Below are positions 23,608 to 36,727 of a DNA stretch of 64,000 bases, one piece after another. A program made the translations under genes and the position numbers. A model generated the notes under the pieces. It was not told where the DNA came from and made no database searches. It worked only from the letters and a program-made list of their open reading frames with translations. The stretch is taken from the NCBI GenBank assembly GCA_964016885.1, contig OZ024745.1:106950001-107014000 (forward strand). Direction: 5' to 3'. Numbering within the stretch: the first letter of the stretch is position 1; each line of letters starts with the position of its first letter. The stretch comes from Eledone cirrhosa (Eukaryota).

Positions 23608-26600
23608 GTGTTAAGAGTAGGATGTTTGAATGCACGTGGCCTGGGCTCAACTTGGAAGCAAGCAAAGCTTCTAAATGACCTCAGGTCATGTAGTATAAAT
23701 GTAATGGTTATCTGTGAGACTCGAATCAGCGTCATGCGGCAGCTGGCCCCCACCTTCGATGACTTTGAGGTGCATGCATCTCTCTGTCAACCTGGAGGTG
23801 GGGGTGGGGTTGTCGTGCTGCTGCAAAAACACCTGGGTCTTGCCGTACAGGTTGTGCACTCGGACCCGGGGGGTCGTTTGTTGGTGCTAGACGTTGGCAG
23901 TAGTGAAAGTGCGGCCTTGAGACTGGTCGCCGTCTACTCCCCTTTCGGAGCTGAACGGCCCGACTTCTTCCAGCGTTTGGAGACTTTTCTGGGAACGTCG
24001 CGTTCCCTGCTTCTAGCGGGGGATTGGAATGACATCCTGGATGCACGTTGGGACTATGCAGGAGCATGTCCTAATAGAGGGGGGTGTAACAGCCTCAAGG
24101 GGTTACTCGACCGTTTTAACTTGGTCGATAGATATCGACTAGATTTTCCAACTGTGCCTACCTGGACTTGGAGAAACCACAGTGGTCAAGCTAGATCGTA
24201 CTTAGATAGATTCTTAGTTAGAAGTAAGGATAGGGACATATTAAGCTGTCCAGAAATGCGCACGGTTGGCTACACGGATCACAAATTAGTGACCTGCGTG
24301 GTCAATCTCGAGAAAACACATAGACAGGGTCCCGGTTACTGGAAACTTAATTTGTCTTTACCGGCAAAAGAGACTTACAGAAACCGGATTAGCAGATTAG
24401 TTAAGGAGAGGTTGACGGGTGCAATCGTCAACAACCGATGGTGGGCATCTCTCAAAAGAGAGATTAGAACAGAATCAATAAGTTATAGCAAGATGTTAGC
24501 TGCCAATAGGAATAGAAACGAGAAAGAATTAACAGGTAAATTAGAAGAGGCAATCAAGAGCGAAGATGTGGCCAGAGTGCTGGCATCGAGGACGGCCTTG
24601 AACCAGTTTTTCGATGCAAAGCATGAAGGCTGCGTCATTCGAAGTAAAATACGTGCTCTAGGTAATGAGGGGGCCAAAGCCGTTGGATGGGCCCGCGTGA
24701 CAGAAGCTAAAAGTGGAAATCGATCCACCATCCGGTCGTTGCAAGACGAAGATGGACGAGTGATCCGGGAGCCTAAGCAGATGTGCGAGGCCTTTCAAAA
24801 GCACTTTGCCCGATTGTTCGGGGGAGGCGAGGGTCCGGGCCGGGGCGTGGATTTCGGTCCATACCTCGACGGCCTGCCGCGTCTCTCGAACAAAGAGGCA
24901 GAGTCCTGCGAGGGACCAATCTCGGCTGATGAGATCGGAGATGCGCTGAGCCAATGCAGCAGACGCAAATCTCCAGGTCTCGATGGTATACCTTACGAAC
25001 TTTATTTAGCAATGCCGGTCTTCTTCTCCGAACTCCTCGAAGCGGTCTACTGCAATTGGCAGCAGAACGGGAGAATTCCTTGTTCTGTAGCCAAGGGCGT
25101 AGTCACGCTGGTGAGGAAGGACGAGAACAAGGGGGATAGTATAAATAATTTTCGGCCCATAACCCTGCTAAACACAGAGTTAAAGATTTTGGCCAAGGTG
25201 TTAGCAAAGAGGTTGGCGCTTGTCGTGGGTGGCCTGGTGGGAGATGCGCAGACATGTGCTATCCCATCCAGGTCCATTCACGATAACCTCCACCTCATGC
25301 GATACATCATAGAGAGGGTTGGCAACAAACCCGGCTTCGGTGGGGCCCTGATCAACTTGGATCAGTCTAAGGCCTTCGATAGGGTCGACCATGGTTACCT
25401 GGATGCGGTGCTAGCGGCGGCTGGGTTCGGTCCTGTTTTCAGAGGCTGGATCACTGCCCTACATAGCAACCACATCTGTTCTAGGATCAAGGTGAACGGC
25501 TACCTTTCGAAGCCGTTCGAAATCACACGATCCATTCGACAGGGGTGCCCTCTCTCCTCCCTTCTGTACGTATTGACTCTCGAGCCTTTACTGAGGAAGT
25601 TGGAGTTGTTGCAGGGTATCCCCCTGGAACCAGGTTTGAGCAAAGCGGTGTCGGCCTACGCCGATGACGTAACAGTAATGGTATCAACCGACTCGGAGAT
25701 CGAGGCGATCGGTACCTTACTGGAGGAGTACGAAAGGTTGTCAGGAGCGAAACTGAACCGGGAAAAATCCATCGGGCTGCAACTCGGAACGTGGAGAGGC
25801 AAACCGATGCCTCCTGACGGTGTCGTCGGACACTGGACGGAGGGCCCGGTAAAGTTGCTTGGGGTCTGGTTTGGACCGGACCTCCAGGTGGAAAAGAACT
25901 GGAACGAGGTTACGAACAAGGTGTTTGCACTAACCCAGAAATGGGCCAAGTGTAAGCTGTCCCTAAAAGGCCGGGCGGAGGTGGCGAACATTTACATAGC
26001 GTCCGTCACTTACTACCGCCTGACTGTCGTGCCTTGCCCTAAGGAAACACTCACCACCATGGAACGCATGCTCTTCCAATTTCTTTGGAAGAAGCGTCCT
26101 CCTATGGTGAGAAGATCCATCTGCTGCCAACAACCTTCGAAAGGAGGGCTGGGGATGCCGTGGTTGATGATGCGTAGGCACGCATTAAGGCTACGGCACC
26201 TACAGGTATTCCTCACTGGTCAACCGGTGTGGGCTCCGTTCGTGAAACGAGCCTTTCCGAGACTCGTCTCACTCACCGAGCTACAGTCCTGGGTCAAGCA
26301 AAGATCCGGAAAACTGGGAGACTGGCACACTGAGTGTGCTCAGGCGCTCAGGGCTCTCTGGCAAGCGGGCCGGGCCATCGGTGGAGAATCCACCTCATCA
26401 TTCTATAGAGGGCTGGTGGCTAGCAGGGGCGATGACACCCTTGGAGAGTCGCTGGACATGGAAGAAGACGAACTGGCCAGCCTGTTCGGTAGGACTTTCG
26501 GCCCAGGACCAATGGACAACTTCCAGAAGTCACTGGCCTGGCAGTGCTACCGAGGGGCTCTACCCGTTCGAGAGAGGCTCTACAGACACGGGCGCCCGGG

Positions 26601-27039
26601 CAGGGATCCCTCAAAAAAGATTTGCCCTAGATGCGTGCGTCACGAAGAAACCGTGACGCACGCATTGGTGCAATGTCCGGGCGTGGCTGATCTGTGGGGC
26701 TACGCCGAACAACTGCTGTCGCGGGTGGCGCCGATTAAATTGACCGCCGAGTCCGTGATGACAATCAAACCGCCTCCCCTCTTCACAAAGGAAGCAAAGG
26801 CGGTTTTTCTGTGCGTAATAGCCATGTTGAAAGAGGTTGTTTGGTGGACACGATTGAAAGGTCTGAGGTCAGGCAACTTCCTCTCTGGCCATAGTCTGGT
26901 CTACTTCTTCCGATATCACTTCGGAAGAAGGATAAGAATGGAGAGAGAGGTGCTTGGCCACAGGCAGTTTTATGAAAGGTGGGTGATAGTGGCGAGAATG
27001 GCTCGTGTAAATGGGCCTTCTCTGTATACCATCCTGTAG
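23608..27039 (+). CDS. L1/Tx1-clade LINE ORF2: APE endonuclease, reverse transcriptase and CCHC zinc knuckle
   Basis: 1143 uninterrupted codons. Motifs: LNARGL, AGDWN, SYLDRF, TDH (endonuclease); SPGLDG, FRPITLLN, KAFDRV, QGCPLS, YADD (RT); CPRC...H...C. The frame begins at GTG exactly where (TCTA)n ends, so it is 5'-truncated. Confidence 0.93.
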   Translation: MLRVGCLNARGLGSTWKQAKLLNDLRSCSINVMVICETRISVMRQLAPTFDDFEVHASLCQPGGGGGVVVLLQKHLGLAVQVVHSDPGGRLLVLDVGSSESAALRLVAVYSPFGAERPDFFQRLETFLGTSRSLLLAGDWNDILDARWDYAGACPNRGGCNSLKGLLDRFNLVDRYRLDFPTVPTWTWRNHSGQARSYLDRFLVRSKDRDILSCPEMRTVGYTDHKLVTCVVNLEKTHRQGPGYWKLNLSLPAKETYRNRISRLVKERLTGAIVNNRWWASLKREIRTESISYSKMLAANRNRNEKELTGKLEEAIKSEDVARVLASRTALNQFFDAKHEGCVIRSKIRALGNEGAKAVGWARVTEAKSGNRSTIRSLQDEDGRVIREPKQMCEAFQKHFARLFGGGEGPGRGVDFGPYLDGLPRLSNKEAESCEGPISADEIGDALSQCSRRKSPGLDGIPYELYLAMPVFFSELLEAVYCNWQQNGRIPCSVAKGVVTLVRKDENKGDSINNFRPITLLNTELKILAKVLAKRLALVVGGLVGDAQTCAIPSRSIHDNLHLMRYIIERVGNKPGFGGALINLDQSKAFDRVDHGYLDAVLAAAGFGPVFRGWITALHSNHICSRIKVNGYLSKPFEITRSIRQGCPLSSLLYVLTLEPLLRKLELLQGIPLEPGLSKAVSAYADDVTVMVSTDSEIEAIGTLLEEYERLSGAKLNREKSIGLQLGTWRGKPMPPDGVVGHWTEGPVKLLGVWFGPDLQVEKNWNEVTNKVFALTQKWAKCKLSLKGRAEVANIYIASVTYYRLTVVPCPKETLTTMERMLFQFLWKKRPPMVRRSICCQQPSKGGLGMPWLMMRRHALRLRHLQVFLTGQPVWAPFVKRAFPRLVSLTELQSWVKQRSGKLGDWHTECAQALRALWQAGRAIGGESTSSFYRGLVASRGDDTLGESLDMEEDELASLFGRTFGPGPMDNFQKSLAWQCYRGALPVRERLYRHGRPGRDPSKKICPRCVRHEETVTHALVQCPGVADLWGYAEQLLSRVAPIKLTAESVMTIKPPPLFTKEAKAVFLCVIAMLKEVVWWTRLKGLRSGNFLSGHSLVYFFRYHFGRRIRMEREVLGHRQFYERWVIVARMARVNGPSLYTIL

Positions 27040-27253
27040 GTAAAGAAGTAAAGGAGAGGGGAGCACCTTCTCCATGTGCTCCCCGGGCAAAGGATTGCAC
27101 ACTTTTTCGGGGGTGTGTGCAACCCCCATCACGTCCCCTCCCTTTTGAGGTTATTTTCGATTATTTTCATGTTACACCCTTTTTACTCGATTATATGTAA
27201 ACTCCCCCTTTGTATTTGTCCCTTCTTTTTATGCCTTTATGGTAAATAAAGAA
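23608..27253 (+). mobile_element. Tx1-like LINE inserted in a (TCTA)n microsatellite
   Basis: (TCTA)n at 23566-23607 and 27253-27330; 3' UTR ends aataaagaaa. Confidence 0.88.
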
Positions 27254-27298
<45 letters not shown>

Positions 27299-27699
27299 GC
27301 TATCTATCTATCTTCCTATCTGTCTATCTATTTGTGGTGGTGTTTGTGTTGCTGTTTGTGTTGGTGGTTGTGTGTTCGTGTTGGTGATTGGTGTTTTTGT
27401 GGCTTTGCGGTGTCTCTCTCTTTTTTTTTTTTTAAATTTCCGAGGCTCTCCTTCATCTTCACTTGGGGATGGAGAAGTAGCCTCGTCTGACGATAAATCG
27501 TCATCAGAGGCGTATGGGAGGGGTATGTTGTGTGGTGATGATGTGTTTGTGTGTGTGTGATTGTGGTAGTGTTGGATGGAGTGGGATAGAATGGGACTGT
27601 GTTTTTCAGGGGAATTTTTTGTGTTTTTTCTGTTGTTTGTGGTTGAGCAGTTGTTTGTTTTTGTGTGTTTGTTTGTTTTGTGTGTTGTTGTTGTGGTTT

Positions 27700-28500
27700 T
27701 GATGTTGGTGTTGGTAAAAGTACTTTTTTTAGGGGGGGGGTCATAAGAGGGGACAGGAGGCCTTTAAATGCTATTTGCTTGCGCATTTAAAACAATGTGG
27801 CCTCTCTGCTTCTGCCGAAATGTGTATATAGTTTGTATTGTCTACTGGCACTCTTTCTGGTATCTTGGAAATTCTGTCCGGTTTCATTTGGACCCAAATT
27901 TCCAAGCTTGTGCTGTTCCAGGTGTTTCTTGTGGACTTTTGAATTGACAGTATTGTGTCTTCATCCTCCTCCAAGAACCCTGCCAGAATCCACAAGATGT
28001 TAATGTTGGGTGGTATATTGGTAATGTTTATCTTTTGTGTTCTTTTTCCCATATATGTAGCGAAAAAGGTGTGTGTGGCAAAGGTGACCGGGGTCACTGA
28101 GTAATTTTTTGCAGGGGCCTCACTTTTGAAGATCACCGAAATGCTTCCATATAGTTTAGCCCTTTGTATGAAGTGTATGTGTGGCATTGCCTCTTTCAAG
28201 ATGATTTCAATTTCGCCTTGAGTAAGGAAAGCCGCATTTTTTTGTGTGTTCGAAATCGTGCGAAAAATCACAGTCCTTCGCATTGTGTCGACTTTGATTT
28301 GTGGCGGAGAGGTGATTTTAAATGCTCCATTTTCCTCGAAGATAATATATTTTTTCCTTCATTGATCATTTCCTTCGCATTGGAAATATGAATATTTATA
28401 AAAGTTCCTTTACTTATTGTGGCAAAAGATTTTTTATGTTTGTTGTTGATGATGTTGTTGTCATTGTTGTCATTGTTGTCGTTGTTTTTGTTGTTCTCAA
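27700..28500 (-). pseudogene. Degenerate LINE ORF1/gag-like remnant
   Basis: ORF 27771-28283 (RRTVIF...RPHCFKC) ends at a zinc-knuckle start; a frameshifted N-rich segment lies upstream. Confidence 0.5.
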
Positions 28501-28508
28501 TTGCTTGA

Positions 28509-29622
28509 AGGCTGGGAATGCCGTGGCTGACGATGCGCAAACATGCACTGAGGCTACGGCATCTACAGGTATTCCTCACCGACCAACCGGTGTGGGCACC
28601 GTTTGTGAGACAGGCCTTCCCGCAACTTGTCTCGCTGACGGAGCTGCAGTCCTGGGTCAAGCGGAAACCGTAGAAGATGGGCGCCTGGCACACGAATGCG
28701 TTCAGGCGCTCACAGTCCTCTGTCAAGCGGGCACAGCAATCAGTGGAGACTCCACTTCGACATTCTATAGAGGGTTAGTACGTCGTGCTAGGCGACGACG
28801 TGCTCGGAGAGACGCTAGGCGTCGACTACGATGAACTTACCAGTCTGTTTGGTAGGACTTTCTGCCCGGGATCTATGGAGAACTTCCAGAGGTCCCTGGC
28901 CTGGCAGTGCTACCGAGGAGCTCTACCAGTTCGTGACAAGATCAACAGGCACAGACGCAGGGATCCTTCCAAGAGGACGTGTCCAAGATGCGGGCAGGAC
29001 ATTGAAACTGTCTTGGACGCAATTGTACACTGTCCGGGCGTAACAGACCCGTGGAACTGCGCAGAACAACTGCTGTCGCGTATGGGACAAATCCAGTTGA
29101 CTGCCGAGTCCATAGTAAGGATCAAACCGCCAACTTCTTTCAAAAACGAAAGAGAGGCGGTTTTCCTCTGTATAGTGGCTATGGTGAAAGAGGGTATATG
29201 GTGGATGATATTGAGAGGACTGAGGACAGATGTCTTTCTCTCCGAACAACAACTCATTCCCTTCTTTAGGTACCACTTTAGAAGGAGAATCAGAGAGGCA
29301 CTGCACCCCAGTAAATTTACTGAAAGGTGGGTGAATGTAGCAAAAATGGCCCGAGTGATTGGGCCTTCTCTGTATATAAACCTGTAGGTTGAAGAAGAGA
29401 GCAGAAGAAAGAAAAGAGCACTTGCACAACACGCTCCTGAAGTTGAGGGTTGTTCTATTTACGGGGTATTAAATAATCCATTTGTGGCGCCTCCCCCCTG
29501 TTGGGGATTTTGATTGTTAAATTTGTTTGTTTCAATATTTTTACACGATTGTATGTAAAATCCCCGGCATGTGTCTTTGTTTTGTCCCCGTTTCTTGTCC
29601 GCCCTTGTGGCTAATAAAGAAA
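28509..29622 (+). mobile_element. 5'-truncated, diverged Tx1-like copy 2
   Basis: Homologous to 26146-27253 (FQRSLAWQCYRGALP...GPSLYINL); ends aataaagaaa followed by (TCTA)n. Confidence 0.88.
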
Positions 29623-29658
29623 TCTATCTTTCTATCTATCTATCTATCTATTTATCTG

Positions 29659-29920
29659 CCTCTTCTCTCTATATCAGCCTGTAGGTTAAGGAAAAGGAGG
29701 AGGAGAGGAAAGGAGTACAAACTCTTCGTACTCCTGGAGATGAGGGTTGCACATTTTTTCGGGGGTATGTGTTACCCATATGAACTGTCTCCCCCTATTG
29801 GGGAAATTCGACTAATTTTTAAATTGCATTTGTGATAATATTTTACACGTTTTTATTGTATGTAAACTTCCCTCTTTGTATTTGTCCCCTTCTTTTGTGC
29901 CCCTGTGGCCAATAAAGAAA
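29659..29920 (+). mobile_element. Tx1-like copy 3 (3' UTR only)
   Basis: cctgtaggtt...aataaagaaa followed by (TCTA)n. Confidence 0.75.
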
Positions 29921-29926
29921 CATATC

Positions 29927-29957
<31 letters not shown>

Positions 29958-29961
29958 CTAT

Positions 29962-30927
29962 CTGGCACCTCGAGTGCCTTCAGACGCTCACAGCCCTCTA
30001 CCAAGAGGAAAGGGCAACCAGCAGAGACCCCACTTCGACGTTCTATAGGAGATTAGTGGAGGATAAGTGCGACGACGTTCTCGGGGAAACTCTAGGCATC
30101 GAGGAGGACGAACTGACCAGTCTGTTAGTGAGGACTTTCGACCAGGGACTATGGATAACTTCCAGAGGTCTCTGGCCTGGCAGTGGTATCGAGGATCTCT
30201 ACCAATTCAAGACAACATCTAAAGGCATGGACCCCTTGGCAGAGATCCTGCCAAAAGGACCTGTCCAAGATGCGAGCAGGATATCGAAACCGTTCTGCAC
30301 GCAATTGCTCAGTGCCCAGGGGTGACCGAACTGTGGTATTATGTCGAACAACTACTGTCACGTGTGGACGCATCCAGTTGTCAACCGAGTCCATCGTGAG
30401 GATCACCCCGCCGCCTTCATTTTAAGAATAAAGGAGAGGCGGTTTTCCTCTCTCTGGTGGCAATGGCGAAAGAGGTAATATGGTGGACGAGGTTAAAAGG
30501 ACTGAGGGCAAACACCTTTCTTTCCGGACAACAATTTATCCCCTTCTTTAAGTACCACTTCAGAAGGAAGGTGAGAGTGGAGAGAGAGGTGCTACACCCC
30601 AGTAAATTCGCTGAAATGTGGGTGAATGTGGCAAAAGTGGCCCGAGTGAATGGGCCTTCTCTGTATATAAACCTGTAGGCTGAAGAAGATAAACATAGGG
30701 AAGACAGGAACACCTACAAAGCATGTTCCTGGTGTTGAGGGTTGTTCTATCCACGGAGTGTAAAACAACCCTGCCGTAACGTTCTCCCCTATTGGGGATT
30801 TCAATTGTTATGTTATTATATATAGTTTATTGTTATTTATTAATGTTAAAGTTATATGATTTTTATGTAAAACCCCGCCGTCTTGTAATGCACCATTTTT
30901 GTACGCCCCTGTGTCAAATAAAGAAAT
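29962..30927 (+). mobile_element. 5'-truncated Tx1-like copy 4
   Basis: KEVIWWTRLKGLR...GPSLYINL, frameshifted; ends aataaagaaa followed by (TCTA)n. Confidence 0.85.
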
Positions 30928-31300
30928 ATATCTATCTATCTGCTTATCTATTTATCTGCCTATTCTGTCTATCTATCTATCTACTAATTTATACATGCAT
31001 ACATATATTCATCCATACATATATATATATATCTATATAAACAAACAAAAATGTTGTTAACACCTGCAACTTGATCTTTATTTGTGAGTGAATAAAACCA
31101 TTATTGTACTCTCCCCCTCTTTTTATTCATATCATAACTATGGCGTTGTCTCATTATAAATACATCTCATTTACCTGAAAAATCCCGTCGCTTTTCTCAT
31201 TATCACTTTCTTTCTCTCCCTCTCTCTTCCCTCCCCCCTCTCTCATGTCCTCTGTATATATATATATATATATATATATTTAAAAGGGTGATGATGATGA

Positions 31301-31367
<67 letters not shown>

Positions 31368-31406
31368 TATATATATAAATATATATATGTATTATATATA
31401 TATATG

Positions 31407-31460
<54 letters not shown>

Positions 31461-31531
31461 AAATCTATCTATCTATTATATATATATATACATATATGTA
31501 TATGTAAATATATACACATATATATATATAC

Positions 31532-31584
<53 letters not shown>

Positions 31585-31905
31585 AGTGTGTGTGTGTGTA
31601 TATATATAAAGATAGGCAGATAGAGATATATTTACAGCAACGCAGATGATAGAATTCTTGAAGAGAAGCAGTTTGGAAGTACGTCATTGGTCACTTTTAA
31701 ATCGTTTTGTAGTTAACAGACACTATAAAACACGGTTTTAAATGGATATGAGACAAGTAGAATTATCACCTATTTGTCTCTCAGGCACACTAGATAAATA
31801 AAAAAAAGTAAGTTTAAGTGCTGAAACGTATTAACTAATATATTTCTTTATTGTACTCTGTCGCTAGATTTGTCATTTCTGTTTACGTTTTGCAATACAT
31901 ACATC

Positions 31906-31937
<32 letters not shown>

Positions 31938-32593
31938 CACGCGTGCGTGCGCAGACACAGACACACACACACATATATCTGGGGTCGCTGCTTCTCCTGA
32001 AGGTCAATAGTTCTCTTCTAACTGGAGCGGCAGCGCCTTTCCATTGTCAATTTGCAGTGTCATCTGCAAAGCCGCATTGTTCTCCGAAACACTACACCAG
32101 TCTTTCGATGCGTGCAGCTGGAACTACTGCCACCCATTGATTTGGCAAAACAGTTGCGAAAAGAACTGGTCAGATTGTACACATCAGTTAATATTACCTA
32201 GAAAAACGTATCTAAGACCATGTGTATACATACAGGTGTAAAAGGCACAGGAAAATTAGGAAGGCAAACAATGAACTTAAGTGAAGATAGCAAAACACCG
32301 GTTCTTAAGGCCTTTACTGATCTCTTTCGAGCCGTCAAAATAATTAATTCAGGTTACCATTATTAGATATAAGGCATCATTAAGATGTTAGGGTCATCTT
32401 TAATAGGAAACATCTTACAATTTACACATAGCCCTAGCTTTAGTCATGCAGTCAAATGACAAACTTTAAAGCACATTTATAATAGCGGCTAAGTGAAAGG
32501 CAGGCTAACAAGAAAGGCAGGCTAACAAGAATGCTAAAAATAACTCCTCGTGAGACCCATAAAGAAACTCAACTAAAGTCATTGATATTAAGA

Positions 32594-32684
<91 letters not shown>

Positions 32685-34270
32685 CACATAAGTGTGGGTG
32701 CAATCGAAAGAAAAACGAGCTGACCACGGCGTTGTTGGTGTTCCAATGGACGAAGCCAGAAGCCTTTCTGATTTCGGGGTTGATGCCCTAGATTTTGGGA
32801 GGCAATTCACAAGGATCAGTAACCTGGATATAAGAATAATTTTGATTAGCTCACACTGGGTAAAAGGAAAAGGAAGGGGATTCATTCGTTCACATATCCA
32901 TGGGGTCCTCCAACGAGCCTGAGATCCTTGCTCTCATTGGTCTAATCATCCTCGACCTCCAATACAAACACATCCCTCTATAGAGATGTTAGCCTTGCTA
33001 TCTCAAACCATATCAACAGTTATGTCATGAATAAGTTCAGAAAGGCCTTATATGGATCTTTAAAGAGTTTGTTTAAACATCATGGTCACCACTAACGCAA
33101 ATAAAAGCAACTTATTGGATATAACTCTGAAACTCAAACCAGATAAGCTCTACTCCTGTGGGAAGCTTAATGAGGAAACACTATATTTACATAAGTGCTT
33201 GAATCTGGCCTCTCCCAGCTAGAGTTAAGTGACTAGAGAACTGGATTGGCAAAAGAAATCTCTAGCTAATCTTCCGACAGAGAGATCTTTGGATGGGCTG
33301 CACCTCATTACAACAAGATCCAAATGAGAAGTGGATTTAATGAAAAACCAATATACAGTAGAACACACTCCGCCCACGCAAAGAAAGTTATAAATGTAAA
33401 TATGTGCTGGTTCAACCCTCTAGTTAACCTAGATATAACTAGGAATATAGTTAAAGCTCACTGTCACTAATTGGATGACATTTCCGATACAACCAACGGT
33501 AAACTAAACCAATGTAATGGTAAGCTACTCCTATTTAAATAACATTCCTTTCAGTATTAGCAACTGTAACTGAAAAATAGGCACACACACATATCCCAAC
33601 ACATCCACACTGACCTGTAACAGCTGAAACCCTGCCAATCGTCCTTTGGGTGGAAACCACCTTTTAAAGACTGTTAACACCATAACGTGATCTTAACCAA
33701 CTAATCGCTGCTCTTAATAACATGCCCAACAAATTGTTAGACATCCATCTAAATAAAGCGGCGAAAGTGACATTGACTAATGTACTCAAAGTGGGGAAAA
33801 AAATGGGATGTTCAAGTATGGAGGTCATTTATCATTGATGAACTGAATCCATGGTAACTTGGGTCTAGACAACGTATTTGGCAATGTTGTTGCGAACCTT
33901 ATTTTTCCTTTGTATCGGTTGTCCATTTTGTATCGGTTACGGCATTCTTGTTGATAAATCTTAACTCAACATTTTATATTACAGTTTCGGTATGTATGCT
34001 CTGAAGTCTCTTGTATTAATGGCAGTATCGGTAGAAGGTTGGACTGCATGCTTTGCAGCATAGAGTTACGCCCCTTTATGGCCTGAGTTCAAATCCCGCC
34101 GAGGTTCACTTTGCCTTTCTTCCTTACGGGATCGATAAAATAAAGTACCAGTAATGTACTAGGATAATTGCTGGCCTTGTGCCAAAAGTAGAAACAATTA
34201 TTTATAACTTTGTTATTTTGAATGCGATAGGTGGCTGACAGGTGTTTTCATTTGCGTTTATTATGTACTA

Positions 34271-34749
34271 CTAGCAGAAAAACCACCCTTCGGGTGGTTT
34301 TCTACTAGCATGTGTAGTATGTATATTGATATTATACGCAGGTATATATACATGTAGATATGATACATCAAATAAAATCGTAATTGACAATATATAATAC
34401 ATAGAAATTGAACGAAGACTGCGTTACACTGTCTTATGTAATCAGTAACGTAATCCATGATACATTAAAAAAGACGATATTATATATAAACTGTATTAGG
34501 AGAAAATTAGTGACGGAAAATTAGTATGTTTATTTAAGCGATCGCCACCGGAAGTGTTGACATTTCAGAAATTTTAAAGAAGTGAATCTTTAAATAAACA
34601 AAATATATTCAATGACCAGCCACGAAATTTAGTAGATAAATTATGTAATATTCATTCATTATTTATTCAAAGTAATCCAACTTATTTTACAAACGGGATG
34701 AAAAAAAATCGTACGCAATCCCGCAGACCTTCTTTTATTATAGTTTAGA
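34271..34749 (-). mobile_element. Non-autonomous Helitron-like element
   Basis: Minus strand begins A|TC(taaactataataaaag) and ends with hairpin accacccgaagggtggt then CTAG|T. Confidence 0.6.
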
Positions 34750-34985
34750 TTATTTAAATTACGTAGTGACATCTGAGAAATTATATATTTTCAGATAAAA
34801 GTTAAATTAATTTTAAGTCCTAGTCAACAAGGATTTAAAATTAACATTAACACTAATCTATTAATCTAGATTAATATATTCAAGCGGAGGATAAAGCCTC
34901 ATTCTATGGTGTTTAATATCAACCAACTATTAGCAACTCCAATATTAATTAATGTAATGTGGAGTAGATGTTGGATTTAAAGTAT

Positions 34986-35066
<81 letters not shown>

Positions 35067-35135
35067 ATTGGTGTTGGATGCTTAAAGCTCCGTATGCGGT
35101 AGGCCGTATGAGCACTCGATGCCCTCGTAGAGCAG

Positions 35136-35171
<36 letters not shown>

Positions 35172-35625
35172 GTATATATTTGAAAAGGGAGTGAGGCTCT
35201 ATACAAAACAGAGGTTAAAGAGAAAAAGTGGAAAATTGGAAACAGTACGGAAAATATAATTTAAGAATCTGTTTTTCTTTTTTTCTTCTATGATCCGTCA
35301 ATGTGACATTATTAAAAAACTCCCGCCGAGGTTAACTTTGTCTTTCATCCTTACGGGGTCGATAAAATAAAGTACCAGTAATACACTGGGATAATTGCTG
35401 GCCTTGTGCCAAAAAGTAGAAACAATTATTAAAAAAATGAGAGGAAAAAAAAAAAAAAACGTTTTATAATGTATGTAAAATATACGAAATATAACCAGTT
35501 TCGATGTTTCGGTGTAATCGATCTCATCAAATGTTAAATATTACAATTAAAAAGAATTAAAAAGAATTAAAAAGAATTAAAAAGAATAAAAAATGTTTAA
35601 TTTAAAATGGAACCTTGTATATGGA

Positions 35626-35659
<34 letters not shown>

Positions 35660-35662
<3 letters not shown>

Positions 35663-35932
35663 GATATTAATAAATGGAAACTATATTTATAAAACCATAT
35701 TTATTTCATTATACATATTTCAGGGATACCAAATTAAATTATGGTATGCCTTCATCAGACAAAATACAATATATAACAGTTTTACAAATAAGCTTTGACG
35801 TACCCTTTTAAAATGCAACCATTAGTTTTGGAAGCCATCTGGATATCTACTCCAAATACTTGTCGAGTGCTTTATATCAAGTATAAAAATATTTACTTGT
35901 TGTATCCCAACAATTTTAAATAGAACTTTTGC
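35660..35932. mobile_element. Family G element: HHR on minus (35703-35765) with inverted tail
   Basis: Reverse complement reads attttgt-CTGATGA-aggcatacca...tggtatccct-GAAA-tatgta-TA-atgaaat. Tail 35850-35932 is the reverse complement of 62186-62270. Confidence 0.75.
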
Positions 35933-35973
35933 ATATATACATATATATATATATATATATACATATAAATATA

Positions 35974-36023
<50 letters not shown>

Positions 36024-36727
36024 CAGATATCGTATAGTAATTGGTATAAAGTGTCGAGGTCACCAGTTATAAAACAAAAAAATCTGATAGACACAGAGAG
36101 ACATATACATATACACATATACAGTCATGTATGTAAATCCCCACAATGACACATAGACACACGAACACAGACATACACATACACGCAATCCCTGTATTCA
36201 CACGCATTTATATATACAGCAACTCTGATATAATCCCACACAAACATACATAGATACACACACTTCCTCACGATACTCCCACACTAACATAACGCCGCCA
36301 TAAGCACTCACACAAAGGTTCACACACAAACATGCGCTGAGTGTCAGAAATTCAAAATAGACAATGTGAAACAAGATTTAAATATTTACATACAGTTGAA
36401 TTAATTTGCATATCCTTTTGATATTATATTTCAAGTGAGATTGCCTGAACACCTGTTCAGAAAAAAGGTCTTTGTGAGCGCGCGCGTGTGTGTGTGTCAA
36501 CCGTCGCTCGTTCACCTTACTGGACACAGGTGCGACTTTGGTATTCGAGAGCTTGTTTTCAAAGTGGTAGTGATGGTTGTGGCTATTGTTATTGTAGTTG
36601 TTGATGGTGTCTTATATCTTACGGGTAGCCAGGATCAAGTAGGGACATGAGCAAAAGGTATTACAGACATGACCACTCTCTTTGTAAAGATAAGGTAATA
36701 TATATATATATATATATATACTATATA

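Noticed and set aside
31709-31840. Possible additional HHR (tagttaa...GAAAcgTAttaacta); similar partials at 12690, 20582, 35490 and 62715
   Set aside because: CUGANGA or GAAA is missing or degenerate; not counted as ribozymes.
32680-33950. Possible ancient LINE remnant
   Set aside because: No recognisable RT or endonuclease motif could be read.
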